From Sphyrna mokarran (lineage: Eukaryota): a stretch of DNA of 64,000 nucleotides. A program made the position numbers and the translations under genes. Every line of letters begins with the position of its first letter. The stretch's first letter is position 1. This document shows positions 1-12,546 of this stretch, in pieces. The notes below the pieces were generated by a model. It saw nothing but the letters and a program-made list of their open reading frames with translations. It did no database searches and was not told where the DNA came from. The stretch spans positions 82,522,001-82,586,000 of the forward strand of contig JAGIQG010000007.1 in assembly GCA_024679065.1 (NCBI GenBank). Reading direction: 5' to 3'.

Positions 1-560
1 TAATCTTTGCTGCCAAGGAGCCATCAGTCCCAAACATTTTTAATTTGTTAACCAACCTGCCACTTGGCACTGTATCAATCTCTTTGTGAAAGTCCAAACA
101 TACAACATCCATGGCACTCCCTTCAGCCACTGCCTGTGTCACCTCATCAAAAAAACTCAATTAAATTTGTCTGGCATGTCTTGCCTTTGACAAAATCATG
201 TTGATTGTTTCATATTAACTAATTTTTTAACTAACTGCAATTATCTTATCCTGAATTATGGCTTCCATCAGTTTTCTCAGTATTGATGTCAAGCTGACAG
301 GTCTGTGGTTTCCTGGGCTATCCTTTAATTCTTTCTCAAACAACAGCGTCACATTTGCAATCTCCCAGTCCCCCAGAACTAATCTTGTGTCCAGGGAGAC
401 CTGGAGAATTTCTGTCAACAGCTCTGCAATTTGCTTCCTTTCTCGGCAATCTAGTATGTATCTCAACCTGGCCTGGTGACTTCTCTAGTTGGAGTGCTGC
501 CAGTCTTTTTAGCCCTTCTTTATCTGTCACTATACTGCTCAGTTGCTCAACATCCACATT
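1..560 (-). mobile_element. Old CR1 LINE ORF2 fragment
   Basis: DWEIANVTLLFEK…PGNHRPVSLTS. Confidence 0.8.
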
Positions 561-841
561 TTCAACTGGGTCATTGTGGCATTAAATTTTTTTTTAAATT
601 CTGCAGAGCAGTGAGACATTCTAATGAAACTCTGGCAGCTAAACTGGAGATGATGGGAGGAAAGGAGACTTTAGGCTAAGAGAGGATCTGGGCCTTTCTT
701 GAAACAGAAGCAACCGCTTTGTGATACTGTTTTTAGAAAGAGAAAAGAGAGGTTGATGAGTCAGTCGAATTGCTTTTCGATAATTGGAACTGATGTTACT
801 GTCAGCATGACCATAGTTCTTTGATCTCTGTGTTGAATGCC

Positions 842-912
842 ACAGTAAGAAGTCCCACAACACCAGATTAAAGTCCCTGTGTTTACCCCAGTCCAATGCT
901 GGCATATCCACA
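842..912. mobile_element. Very short Penelope-terminus fragment (another at 63945-64000)
   Basis: agtaagaagtc…acaacaccag…ttaaagtcc joined to the inverted tgtgtttaccccagtccaa…. Confidence 0.6.
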
Positions 913-1944
913 TTTTGAATGCCAAACAACAGAGGAACAATTTTAATGTGTTCAGCTGTGCCCTCACCTGGAACTGGAAAGTTTCATTGATCATGTTTCC
1001 AATTTACACCCTTTTCTCATCTTCACATGACCTATTTCTGACTTTTGCCTTCCCTTCCTGGACTTCACTATCTCCATTTCTGGGGATAAGCTGACAATTA
1101 ATATTTATTAGAATCCCACAGCTGCCTTCACTACAATTCCTCACACTCAACATCCTATAAGGACTCCATTCCATTCTTCCAGTTGCTCTGTCTCCTTCAC
1201 TTCTATTCAGATGGTACAACCATTCATCTTAGCACTTCCAAATTTAATTCTTGTTATCTCGGCTAAATAAAGATTGCCTGCAGGCATGGTTTGCAAATCC
1301 TGTACCCTGTCTGAGCTATTGCAAGCTCTTTTCTCTTGCCCCTTCATCCACCTTCTAGAATCATAATAAGTTTCCCATGTCTTATCTTCCATTCCACCAG
1401 CCTCCATATTCAACCATTTCATTCTTTGCCATTTTTGTCCCTTATAGCGTGATGGCTGCCATCAAATAACTGCACTATTTCAGACTGTAAACTCTGCCTC
1501 CATCTTGTTATGTGTTTCTTTCCTTTGCTGGTTTGGTCTTGTCATTACCATCCAAACAGTTGAAATGTAGTCATTCGCATCTCACTCGAACACGTTTTGG
1601 CTCTTTTTGTCTCTCTGGTTTTTTTTACCAAGGAACCTTTTGTCATTTAGTCTCCCCTGCCCTGCACTGTATCACAGACCTTCCCTTTTCTCTTGCTGCT
1701 CCTTCCATGTGTAAATAAACTATAAGCTTATCAATGCCATTGAGAATTTATCCCATTCTCCAGTATCAAATCAAACTGCATGATACTTTGCCTTTATATT
1801 TAAGATGTAAATTCAATGCAATTATCATTCAGTGCATTGACTGACTGGAATAGATCATTGATTGTGCATCTGTGTTTTTGGTTGTGAAAATTTATTGCGA
1901 CTAACTTGACTTTATTTCTCTCCACCCCACTCCCTCCACCTCAG

Positions 1945-4613
1945 CAGTTGCCTTGTAGTTGCGGCTCAGTCTGAAAGGGATAATGAAAAAGTTTCTAATA
2001 GCTGAGCTGCTGAATTCTCCCATTACTGGAACTCCTGCCTGGCAATGGGAAGTCAGTGATTCACTTTGTGCTGCAGAGCCTTCACCTGATGGAAGTTGAT
2101 CACTTTACTGCCTTATGTCAGCTTTGAAATGGTTGCAGAATCCGGCTATCACTGAACTAACTTTGAATCCAGAATTAGCTCCTGCAACATTTCTCACAGT
2201 CGCTCATTTTAGGATCTAAACCGATCATTTCAGGGATTAATCATTTTACTGAGATATTTGAATATCGTTGAGAAATGTAATCTGGTTACCTGACTTATGG
2301 TTGAACTTATTCACTTTAAGCATATTGTTGCACTAAAATTGTTTTATTTTTATTTGGTCTTTCATTATTTTAAATGGAATTGGCCAATTGCAGCAAACAT
2401 TATAAATTATGAGATGTTTCTGAACATTCAAGTTGTTTTAGATTTATGCCTTATTTGTAAAGAAAGCTATTTAAGATGCATGGGAGGGAAGATTGCACTG
2501 ACGCGCAAGTAACTGAGTGTTAGCTCAATGTTCTGTGTTTCTATCCCAAAGCATCAATACACATTACGGTTACTTTCTGCACATAAGATTATTAGAGTTT
2601 TCAAAGCATTTATAGTTAGCTAGCAACAGCAACAAATTAGGCAGAGAAGTACCTAACGTTATTGACAATGAAATCACATAAAATGTTTTGTAACAAATTG
2701 AAGAATTAAAGGGAGTGTTATCTATCTCCATTAATTTCTCCAAGAGTTGCAGGAAGATCCAGAACTCAATGCAGGTGACGGAATGCAATTTCTGATGCTA
2801 ATATTGGCAAGTAATTGGAATATGTTAGCTGCCAGCACTCTCATAGTGACACTCCATTCATGGCATGAGCCCTGGTGCAGGAGAAGTGTTTGTATTGAGA
2901 TAGGGAGCACCAATGCAGATATTTCAATCCTTTTTAAGTTTTAATTACGTATCTTTTTAATAATCAAAGCAGTAGATTTATAAACTAATGCAATAAGGCA
3001 TTATAATCAATTTTAGTTGCTTGCAGGCATTTTGTGTAAATATTATATAATGTGTTGTACAATAAGATATTAATTCATTCTTTAAAAAGGAATGCTGCTT
3101 GGGACAAGGTTCCAACTGTTGGTTAACCTCTCTCCAGTTTCCTCACAAATGACATCATTGGATTTTCAGATTTTTGTGCTTTAACATAATGCTTATTTGA
3201 TTTTGAGGCAATGATTGGCTGACCTCTGCCCCACAAGAAGTGTAAGAACAGGACGTCCCCCCCACCCCCTGCCCCGGCACCTAGATCATCATCTGCTGGC
3301 AGGTGTCTTTTATAAAATGCCTAATCACTTCTTCTCACCTCTTGAGTAAGTTGCAGACAGAAGCAATTTAGAATAGATATTTCCAGAGTCATTGGAAAAA
3401 TGGGTGAATTTTTTGATCAGATGTAAATTAAGTCAGTTTCATCATTGGTCTGCTGCAGGAGGAGGAAGTTAGTTAGAAGAGGGATATTATAAAGATGCAT
3501 GCCACTAACAGGTGCCAGGGCTAGTTAATTGATAACACACATATTTAATAGACAATCGTGGGCTCTTTGTTTCACAGTTCCCCCCACCCCTGAATATGTC
3601 TAAATATCTATGTATGGGATATTGCGTGCGTATGTGTTAATATGGACATTGCTTCTGAAAAATTAATGTATGATAGAAATTTGATTAAAATATTTTACCA
3701 TTAGCTTAAATTGGATTGAAATGGAATAATACATACTGTGCATTTAATCAACTGCTTTAATGTTTTTGTGGAAAACCTCCAGTTTTAGTTGCATACAAGC
3801 AAATATACCCAGAACTCTGTAAATGCCTGAATTACAGTAAAAATATTGTGATAGTAAGTGCTGTGGCTATACTGAAATTGTTATAATTGCTTATTGCATG
3901 TTGCAGGGGCTTTTGAACTTGAATCATATTTTTATACAGACTGCTCTCAATTAAAATTCTGATGATTTTAATTTTTACATTGCTTTGTTCAAATTATTGG
4001 ATAAATTATTTTAGCACAAAATACAACTCTGAATTGTCAAGAGCAGGCTCTGTGCACAAGTTTACTGAGTGATTTGATGCTCATCTTATTGTAATGCCTA
4101 TTTCTCTTTTTGTGTCTGCAATCTTGCATTGTTTGGTATTCAGATTTTTTTTTAAAATTACAAGTTCCACCTCATGACTGACATTCAAATTCCTGTCTTT
4201 TGTTTACCTAACAGTTGGTTGTGATCGGGTGAACTCCATTTTTATTTCTATGAGTAGTAATTCTTCTGGCATTCCCTGTCCCGGGGGTTCACAAGATAAT
4301 GGGGTGGCTCTTCAAAGCCACACTGAGGGAGCAAAACTGAGTGTTGGTGAAACGGAGACCGAATGTTGGCATTTTGCACTTGAGATTTAGGGCTATAAAT
4401 GATTTAACTACTGATATTGAAATACAACTAGTTAAAGGATGAAAATAATCAAGGTATTAACTAAGCTGGCAGAATCTGTTCAGCTAGATCCAGCTCCTGT
4501 CTTTATGCTAGCACATCAAATATCATGTCTGCAATTTTCAAGTTATGCCTTGTTTTATTCACTTGAAATATTTGGATCACTTTATACATTAAAATATTTG
4601 CAATAAAAATAAA
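1945..4613 (+). other. Candidate terminal exon and long 3'UTR of an unidentified convergent neighbour gene
   Basis: Branch-like GACTAAC (1899-1905), polypyrimidine tract and CAGCAG acceptor, then about 2.7 kb with no recognisable repeats ending in tandem AATAAA (4602-4613). Confidence 0.35.
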
Positions 4614-5869
4614 TGAATCAATGAAAATGGGGAAAGATGCTTTATTTGTAAAAATGTCTATTTAAAGAAAGATGTCAATGTGTTAAAAGCAGTTCAAAAA
4701 GGTTTGCTGAACTAATATCAAGAATGGGTAGGTTATCTTAAAAGAAAAGTTGGGCAGGTTTGGTTTGTATCCACCTCTAGAAGAGTAAGAGATGACTTGA
4801 ATAAAATCTAAAGACACAAAGGGTTATTGACAGAGTGGAGATGGTGAGGACATTTCTTCGTGTTGGGATATCTAGAATGAAGGAAGTTTTTTTCTGAAAG
4901 TCTTGAGCCTCTAGAGCTCCCATCAATTGTATCTTGAATGCAGGCTCAAGGGGCTGAGTGTCCTAATCCTACTCCTGATTCATAGGTTTGTAACATGTTT
5001 CATGACTTGATATTTTTCTGATTTTGTATCACCACCTGTTTAATTTGTTCGTTTTCACTGGAAATTATTATCCTGAGTATTGTGAAGAAATGGTCGTGGT
5101 ACTTTCTTTCTGGTACTTAAGTCATGTAATAAAGTTTCTTCTCTTCGTAGCATTTCAATTCGATACTTTTTCCATTGATCAATTTAGTTCTTGTGCATTT
5201 CCATTAACGTAATCATTTCAGCGATCTTGTTCTGGCATGTTTCCTTCTCTGCCTGGTTGCTTTGTCCAGTTCTCTCTAACACATCTCCTTCAGCTGAATA
5301 GCTTAATTTAAGCTATATCTTTCCTTCCATTTTCTGTATCAATCAATCTTCTGCTTAAACCTGAGTTTATTCCATGCATCCAGTTTTGGTATTGATTCAA
5401 TTTATCTGTTCGAGTTTCTTCCAAGATGAATCAATCATTCTCTTTGAACTACTCCTTCCTACTTATATCTTGCATCTTTTCAGACAATTGCTCTTTTTGT
5501 TACAGTTGCTTTGAACTGTTGAATTCAATATTTCTTTCTACATTCAGCATTTCTTCCTTGTCGTTTTTTTATTAGACAATTTTCTGAAGTGCTAACTTCC
5601 AACGATTGTGTTCTCTGTTTGGTTTGTCCATTGTTTTCACATGCAACTGCAGTTCAATCATTTAATTAGATTCCTAGAAAGTTTAAAGTTGTTTTAAAAG
5701 TTTATTTATTAGTGTCATAAGTAGACTTACACTGCAGTGAAGTTACTGTGAAAATTCCCTAGTCACCACGCTCCGGTACCTGTTCAGCTACATGGAGAAT
5801 TTAGCATGGTCAATGCATCTAACCAGCACATCTTTTGGATAGTGGGAGGAAGAACTAGCGGGGAGGTAC

Positions 5870-6510
5870 GTGAGAAAGGGAAGACCTATTAAGAGTATAG
5901 AAACGCAGAGGGACCTGGAGGTGCAGGTGCACAAGTCTCTGAAGGTGGCAGAGCAGGTGGAGAAGGTTGTAAAGAAAACATATAATATGCTAGCCTTTAT
6001 AGGAAGAGGCATAGAGTACAAGAGCTGGCCTTTAATGTTGCAGTTGTATAAAACGTCGGTTAGACCTCATTTGGAATACTGCATCCAGTTCTGGTCGCCT
6101 TACTACCAGAAGGACGTGGAAACTCTGGAGAGAGTGCAGAGGAGGTTTACCAGGATGCTGCCTGGTGTGGAAGGTCTGAGTTACGAGGAGAGGTTAGGCA
6201 AATTGGGGCTGTTTTCCTTAGAAAGACGTAGACTTAGAGGAGACCTAATAGAGGTGTACAAGATTATGAAGGGTATAGATAGAATAAACAGGGTTAAGCT
6301 TTTTCCTACGAGGGATCACGGGCTTAGGGTGAGGGGGGCAAGATATAATTTGGATGCGAGAGAGAGTTTTTTCACACAGAGGGTGGTGGGGGTATGGAAT
6401 GCGCTGCCAAGTAAAGTGGTGGAGGCAGGTACTCTGGAGTTATTTAAGAAATACTTAGATGGGCACATGAACAGAATGGGAATGGAGGGGTATAGAAAAC
6501 TGATTTAAAA
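5870..6510 (+). mobile_element. CR1 LINE 3' end (fairly intact RT C-terminal region)
   Basis: RPHLEYCIQFWSP…LERVQRRFTRMLPG…GDLIEVYKIM…FFTQRVV. Confidence 0.9.
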
Positions 6511-8689
6511 TAGGGATCGTGAACCTTGGGAGTCCCTGGGAAGTGTGTAAATAGATGATATAGATGAACGTACTTGTTTTTATCCTACAGGTGCTTTGGT
6601 CAACCTTGTTGTCTAACAAGGGGCATACACACGATGGGTCGGGGGGGGGCTGCTCTTGGATTTTTTTTTCGAGAGTATTCTAGTGCTTCACATTGTTAGT
6701 GTACGCTTGACCTGGACCATTTGATGGGCAACACGACAGCTCAGTGACTATCGCTGTGCTGTGCAGATACATGGATTTGGGCCTGTGTCTGTGGGAGTTT
6801 GCGCATTCTCCACGTGCTTGCATGGGTTTTCTCTGGGTGCTCCGGTTTCCTCCCACGTCCCAAAGATGTGCTCTTAGGCTAATTGGCAAATCAAATTCTT
6901 CCTAAATTGTCTCAAATTTGGTTTTTAGTCCATAGATCTATAAACATAGACAGGGATCACGGGTAGAAGTGGGAACATCGGGGTGGTGGCGCAAGCTCGT
7001 TGGGCCGAAGGGCCTATTTCTTGTGCTGTTTTGTTCTTTGTTCTTTGAAACTGAAGCACCTGGAGGAAACTCATGCAGATACGGGGAGAACTGCTGACTC
7101 CACACAGACAATGACCCAAGCGGGGAATCGAACCTGGGTCCCTGGCATTGTGAGGCAGTGGTGCTATCCACTGTGCCACCATGTTGCCCATAGTTCTGGT
7201 AAATTATAGTTCTACTCTAATTTGTGAGATTTTTGAAGTAGATGATACAGGATGAGTGCCATGGATCAAATATTTCAAATGCTTTACCCTGAAATGAGCA
7301 GTTCTCACTGATGAAATAGATAGCATCCATTACACGATAATTTCTTGGCTCTTCTAATCCCATGCTATGACCTCTATAACTGAGTTCCAGCTGTGCTTTT
7401 TCTCTTGATCATCCTTACCTTTTATTCATATCTTTATGTTCTAACTCCAGTTCCTTCACCACTTATTTGTGTGTTGAATTGTTTTTTTTAATTGGCCCTG
7501 ATTCTAGCTACTTCCATATATTTCATAACGAAGCTTTGATGTAGCTGGATCTCTTCTCATTAGATTAAAGGTCACAAACTTTATTTTCTATTTGCTGTAA
7601 TTCTCAATAAAGTTTATCCAACTATTCATTCTTTCTGCTACTTCTGCTGTGGTTTATCTTATTTTCTGACTGATTATAGCTTTATTGTTTGTATTTTATT
7701 GCTGCAACTTCAAAGAATGTCTCATTTTAGTACAAAAGGATGGGACAAAACTCTATTTTGGTTTATGCTATTTATTTATTTAGGATTTTTTGGTGCTGTT
7801 GCTTGGTTTTTTCATTGTCTCCTGGGATTTTTTGTGCTCTGAGGCCTTTCAATGCCACCTTTAGGGACCTTTCACCGCCCCCACTCTCAAGGGACCGTTA
7901 CTGCCCACTAGATCTAGTGTTGCTTCTTTCTTGCGGTCTTAATTTCCTCCTTTTAAGTCTCATATTGCTTCAGACCTGCCCTACCATTTTTAGATTTGTT
8001 CTGAATCTGGGATCTTCTGAATTTCTTGTTCCTTCTCGTTCTTATGGTTGTGGCATTAAATGTTGCTCAACTTTAAATGTATCACTATTTTAAGACCGTC
8101 CATTATTTTAAACTGCTAACAGCTGCTGTTTCTATCTCAGCTTTTCCTGCAAATTTTGGGATTTTGGCAGGAACTCCTTAAACCCTTTTTAACTGCTTAA
8201 CTTTTATGAGCTGATGGAAGTTTTTTTTAATATCAATATCTGAAGTTTTCCTTTTTCTGTTTGTTTCTGTTTTTCTCTCTTTTTAACGATGTTTTTGTCA
8301 AGTTCACTTGTGGTGTCAGTCGGGAATATTTTAATAAATATTTTCAACTGCTTTATTTTCAAACAAAATTTCAAACCTGGCCTCCTGCAGACTCCCAGTG
8401 CAGGGACTATTGCCAGAGATGACTCTTCTCAGATTGGGAGTCTTACGAATCTGAGCTCTTCATTTCCCCAAGTGTTTGGGAGAAGTCCTGTAGCTCCTTG
8501 CGGTATTTTCTTTCCTTTTAACTGGACCAAATCTCTACCTTTGATTTCAGATTTCTTCTTTTTAAATCTGAAACACAGCTTTATTATATTTGGATATACC
8601 TTGTTCTTCAAACTCCTGTCATCTTTTAATTTCTCTTTCCTGCTCCTGAATTAGTCCCCATTTTAACTTTTAAAATGTCTTTCTAAATC

Positions 8690-9150
8690 TTTGATTTATG
8701 ATTGTCACATGTATTAACATACAGTGAAAGTACTGTTTCTTGCGCACCATACAGACAAAGCATACTGTTCATAGAGAAGGAAATGGGTGTGCAGAATGTA
8801 GTGTTACAGTCATAGCTAGAGAAAAAACAACTTAGTGCAAAGTAGGTCCATTCAAAAGTCTGGCAGCAGGAAAGAAGCTGTTCTTGAGTCAATTGGTACA
8901 TGTCTTCAGACTTTTGTATCTTTCCCGACTGAAGAGGATGGAACAGAGAATGTCCGGGATGCATGCAGTCTTTAATTATGCTGGCTGCTTTGCCGAGGCA
9001 GGGGGATGTGTAAACAGAGTCAATGGATGAGGCTGGTTTGCGAGATGGATTGGGCTACATTCACAACTTTTTGTAGAGAGCAGGAGCCATACCAAGCTGT
9101 GATACAACCAGAAACAATGTTTTCTATAGTGTAACTGTAAAATGTCTTGA
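8690..9150 (-). mobile_element. Rex1/Babar-like LINE 3' fragment
   Basis: HPGHSLFHPLQSGK resembles the typical C-terminus of this LINE group. Confidence 0.55.
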
Positions 9151-9904
9151 CTTGCTGGCCACACTGAGTTTGTTACTTAGAGTGCCCCTCAGAATCTGAC
9201 GCGGTTCAACAAATCGCTCTGAGTCCAAGAACTATCCTTTAGCAACTTCTGTTAAACCTAATACTCTCGGATGATCTGTGCCAATTAATCAATTCCATTT
9301 TGTCATCAATATATTGTGGCTGTCATAGCATTGCCAATTGATTTCAGACTTTGTCAGGAACAAAAGGTATTTTTTGATCAGAGAAATTTTGGTACAGAGG
9401 TTTATGCAGAATGAAGGCTGCCCAGGGACAGAGCCTAGTTCTATATGTTTACAACATAGTTCCAGAGCGCACACTGGCGTAATCATTCACTCAGTTTCCA
9501 TGTGTCCCTCAGGTCAGGTAACTCACTTCTGTTGTAAAGTTTTAAAAGTTAATTTATTAGTCACAAGTGTGGCTTACATTGTAATGAATTGACTGTGAAG
9601 GTACTGTTGTAAAGTGACAGACACCACGTAGACATCAATGGTAGCCTCATTAATGTAAAAATTCTTAATTTTAATTTAGTTCTTAACTAACCCACAGGAG
9701 GTTAAATGGTTCAGTGTTGGTCGAATAGGAGGCGACAGATGGCCAGTAACTAGGTTTACTATAGACTCTGTTCTACTAGTTTGTTTGAAAAGTGCACCTT
9801 GAAGTCTAATCATCAATAACATGGTAACTATGTGATACGGTTGATATCAGACTACCTTTCTGTATTATCGGTTCCTTCTATTGCTAGCTGTAATACAGAA
9901 GTCA

Positions 9905-11533
9905 TGATGTAGAGATGCCGCCGCTGGACTGGGGTAAACACAGTAAGAAGACTCAACACCAGGTTAAAGTCCAACAGGTTTATTTGGTAGCAAAACCCAC
10001 TAGTTTTCAGAGCAGTACCCCTTCATAGGAGAAGTGGGAATTCTGTTCACAAATGGGGCATGTAAAGACACAAACTCAATTTATAAAATAATAGTTGGAA
10101 TGTGAGTCTTTACAGGTAATTAAGTCTTAAAGGTAGGGGCAATGTGAGTGGAGAGAAGTTAAGCTGAGGTTAAAGAAATGTGTATTGTCTTCAGCTGGGA
10201 CAGTTAGTGAGATTTTGCAAACCCAGACAAGTCATAGGATTACAGATAGGTTCATGCCACACTAAGATCCTGGTTGAGGCTGTCATCATGTGTGGAACTT
10301 GGCTATCAGTCTCTGCTCAGCGACTCTGCGTTGTGGGTCATGAAGGTCTCTTCGAAAACGTTTACCCAAGATCAGAGGCGAATGCCTGTGACTGATAAAG
10401 CCTTCCCCAACAGGAAGAGAACACTCTTGCCTGGTGATTGTCAAGCGGTGTTCATTTGTCCATTGTCAAAGCATCAGCATGGTCTCCTCAACGTACCATT
10501 CCTCGGGACATCCTTTCCTGCAGCGTAACAGGTAGACAATGTTGGCCAAGTTGCAGGAGTATATACCGTGCCCTCATGAGAACAGGATATGATGCTCAAC
10601 TCCTTGATCGACAGTTCCGATGCATCACAGCGAAAAACCACACCAACCTCCTCAGAAGGCAAACATGAGATACGGAGGACAGAGTACCCTTCGTCATTCA
10701 GTACTTCCCTGGAGTACAAATCTTCTCTGCAGGCTTCAACATGTCATTGATGAAGACGAACATTTTGCCAAGAACAACCCCACACCCCCACTTCTTGCCT
10801 TCAAACAACCTCACAACCACAAACAGACCATGGTACACAGCAAATTACCCAGCCTTCAGGAGAACAGTGACCACAACATCACACAACCCTGCCACAGCAA
10901 TATAAGAATACTATCCACTAGGTACACAATACATACTCTTCAACTCAGCCAACATTGTCTACCTGATACGCTGCAGGAAAGGTTGTCCCAAGGCATAGTT
11001 GATTGAGGAGACCATGCAGACACTATGATAATGGATGAATGAACAACGCTTGAAAATCACTAGGCAAGAGGATTCTCTTCCTGTTGGGGAACACTTCAGC
11101 AGTCACGGGCATTCGGCCTCTAATCTTCGGGTAAGCGTTCTCCAAGACGGCCTTCACGACACACAACAATACAGAGTAACTAGCAGGAACTAAAAGCCAA
11201 GTTCCGCATGCATGAGCATGACCTCAACCTGGATCTTGAGTTCATGTCACACTATCTGTAATCCCCACGACTTGCCTGGGCTTGCAAGATCTCACTAACT
11301 GCCCTAGCTACAGACAATACACATCTCTTTAACCTGTGCTTAACGCTCTCTCCACTCACACAGTCTGTACCTTTAAGATCAATTACTTGTATATTGTAAT
11401 TTTGTAAATTGAGTTTGTCTTGATATGCCCTGTTTGTGAACAGAACTCCCACTTACAGCAGCGCTCCGAAAGCTATTGGTTTTTGCTACCAAATAAACAT
11501 GTTGGACTTTAACCTGGTGTTGTGAGACTTATT
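9905..11533 (+). mobile_element. Penelope-like retroelement (decayed) with inverted 3'-end copy
   Basis: GIY-YIG-like remnant at about 10945-11050 (SANIVYLIRC...EETMQTL...MNEQR). The same region appears inverted at about 10380-10550, and the pseudo-LTR ends are inverted (9940-10050 vs 11430-11530). Confidence 0.8.
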
Positions 11534-12546
11534 GTAATATAGAAGTTACTGCTCTCAATATGATTTGTATTTAAACTCAAGGCTTCTGTTTTTGTTTCAC
11601 GAAATGTCACAGTAATTGAAATTAACTTGACTAAAAGATAATCAATTCTGCCTATTGATTTTGCACCCACTCTCCAAAAGAACACTTTATCTAGTCCCTT
11701 CTCTGTCACATTTCTCCATAATTATCCTAAAGCAGTTTGAGATGTCTGCTGTTATGTTTTTTCCCCCTTGATGAATTTTTGAATCATCTGTCTCGAATTT
11801 TCTAATGTGGCAATGTTACATCTTGTTGTATAAACCAATGTGTAGTATTTTATTGTGTTAAGATGTTATATGAATTCAAGTTGTTTCTTTTGTGTATAAA
11901 TTTTAGTGGTAGTATTTACCATTATTAACCCCACTTCATGTAGATTAAAAAAAATTCCGCTTGTACTGCAGATGTTTTATAGCCAAAGGGAGCCATTTGT
12001 TTGCAGTAGTTTTAACTCAGTGGAAAATTCTGCAAAATGATAATTTCTTTTCCATTAATCATCTCTTTGAGAAGTAATTTCATATAAATGAAGAATGAAA
12101 AATGTCTTCCCAGTACGAAAATTTTACAAAATTACATGATCAGTATGAGGAAGGTAATTTGGAGTATCCATCTTGAATCCACTTAGTTGTAACGCATCCA
12201 ATGAACGGATTTGGATTCTGAAGTGATTTTGATTTAGAATGAGATGGACTGGGAATGAAAAAATGGTCAGCAAGAATGGTAATATTACTGTCCATAATGC
12301 ATTACGTAAAAAAAATCCTTTTATTCCAGTGTTAAAATATAGTTTACAACTTCAGTTTCTGATAGCTTTGTGTTTTTGACCAATAAGTGAAGAGGATGTG
12401 AGCGCACTCTGATGTGTCCTTTCATTATTTTCTAAACAATGTATTAGCTGAAAACAGGATTATTTTGGCCCGCTTTGCTATGTATTCCTGGGTTAAACTG
12501 CTTTAAAGGGAAATTTTTCTTTGGAAGATCCCAGCAGATTAACAGA

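Noticed and set aside
5870-6508. 212-aa ORF and the other RT-like ORFs as host genes
   Set aside because: They are fragments of CR1 LINE ORF2 present in many decayed copies.
7200-8650. Possible L1/Tx1-like remnant on the minus strand (also about 5200-5650 and 39550-41300)
   Set aside because: The A-rich minus-strand composition is suggestive, but I could not identify diagnostic motifs with confidence.
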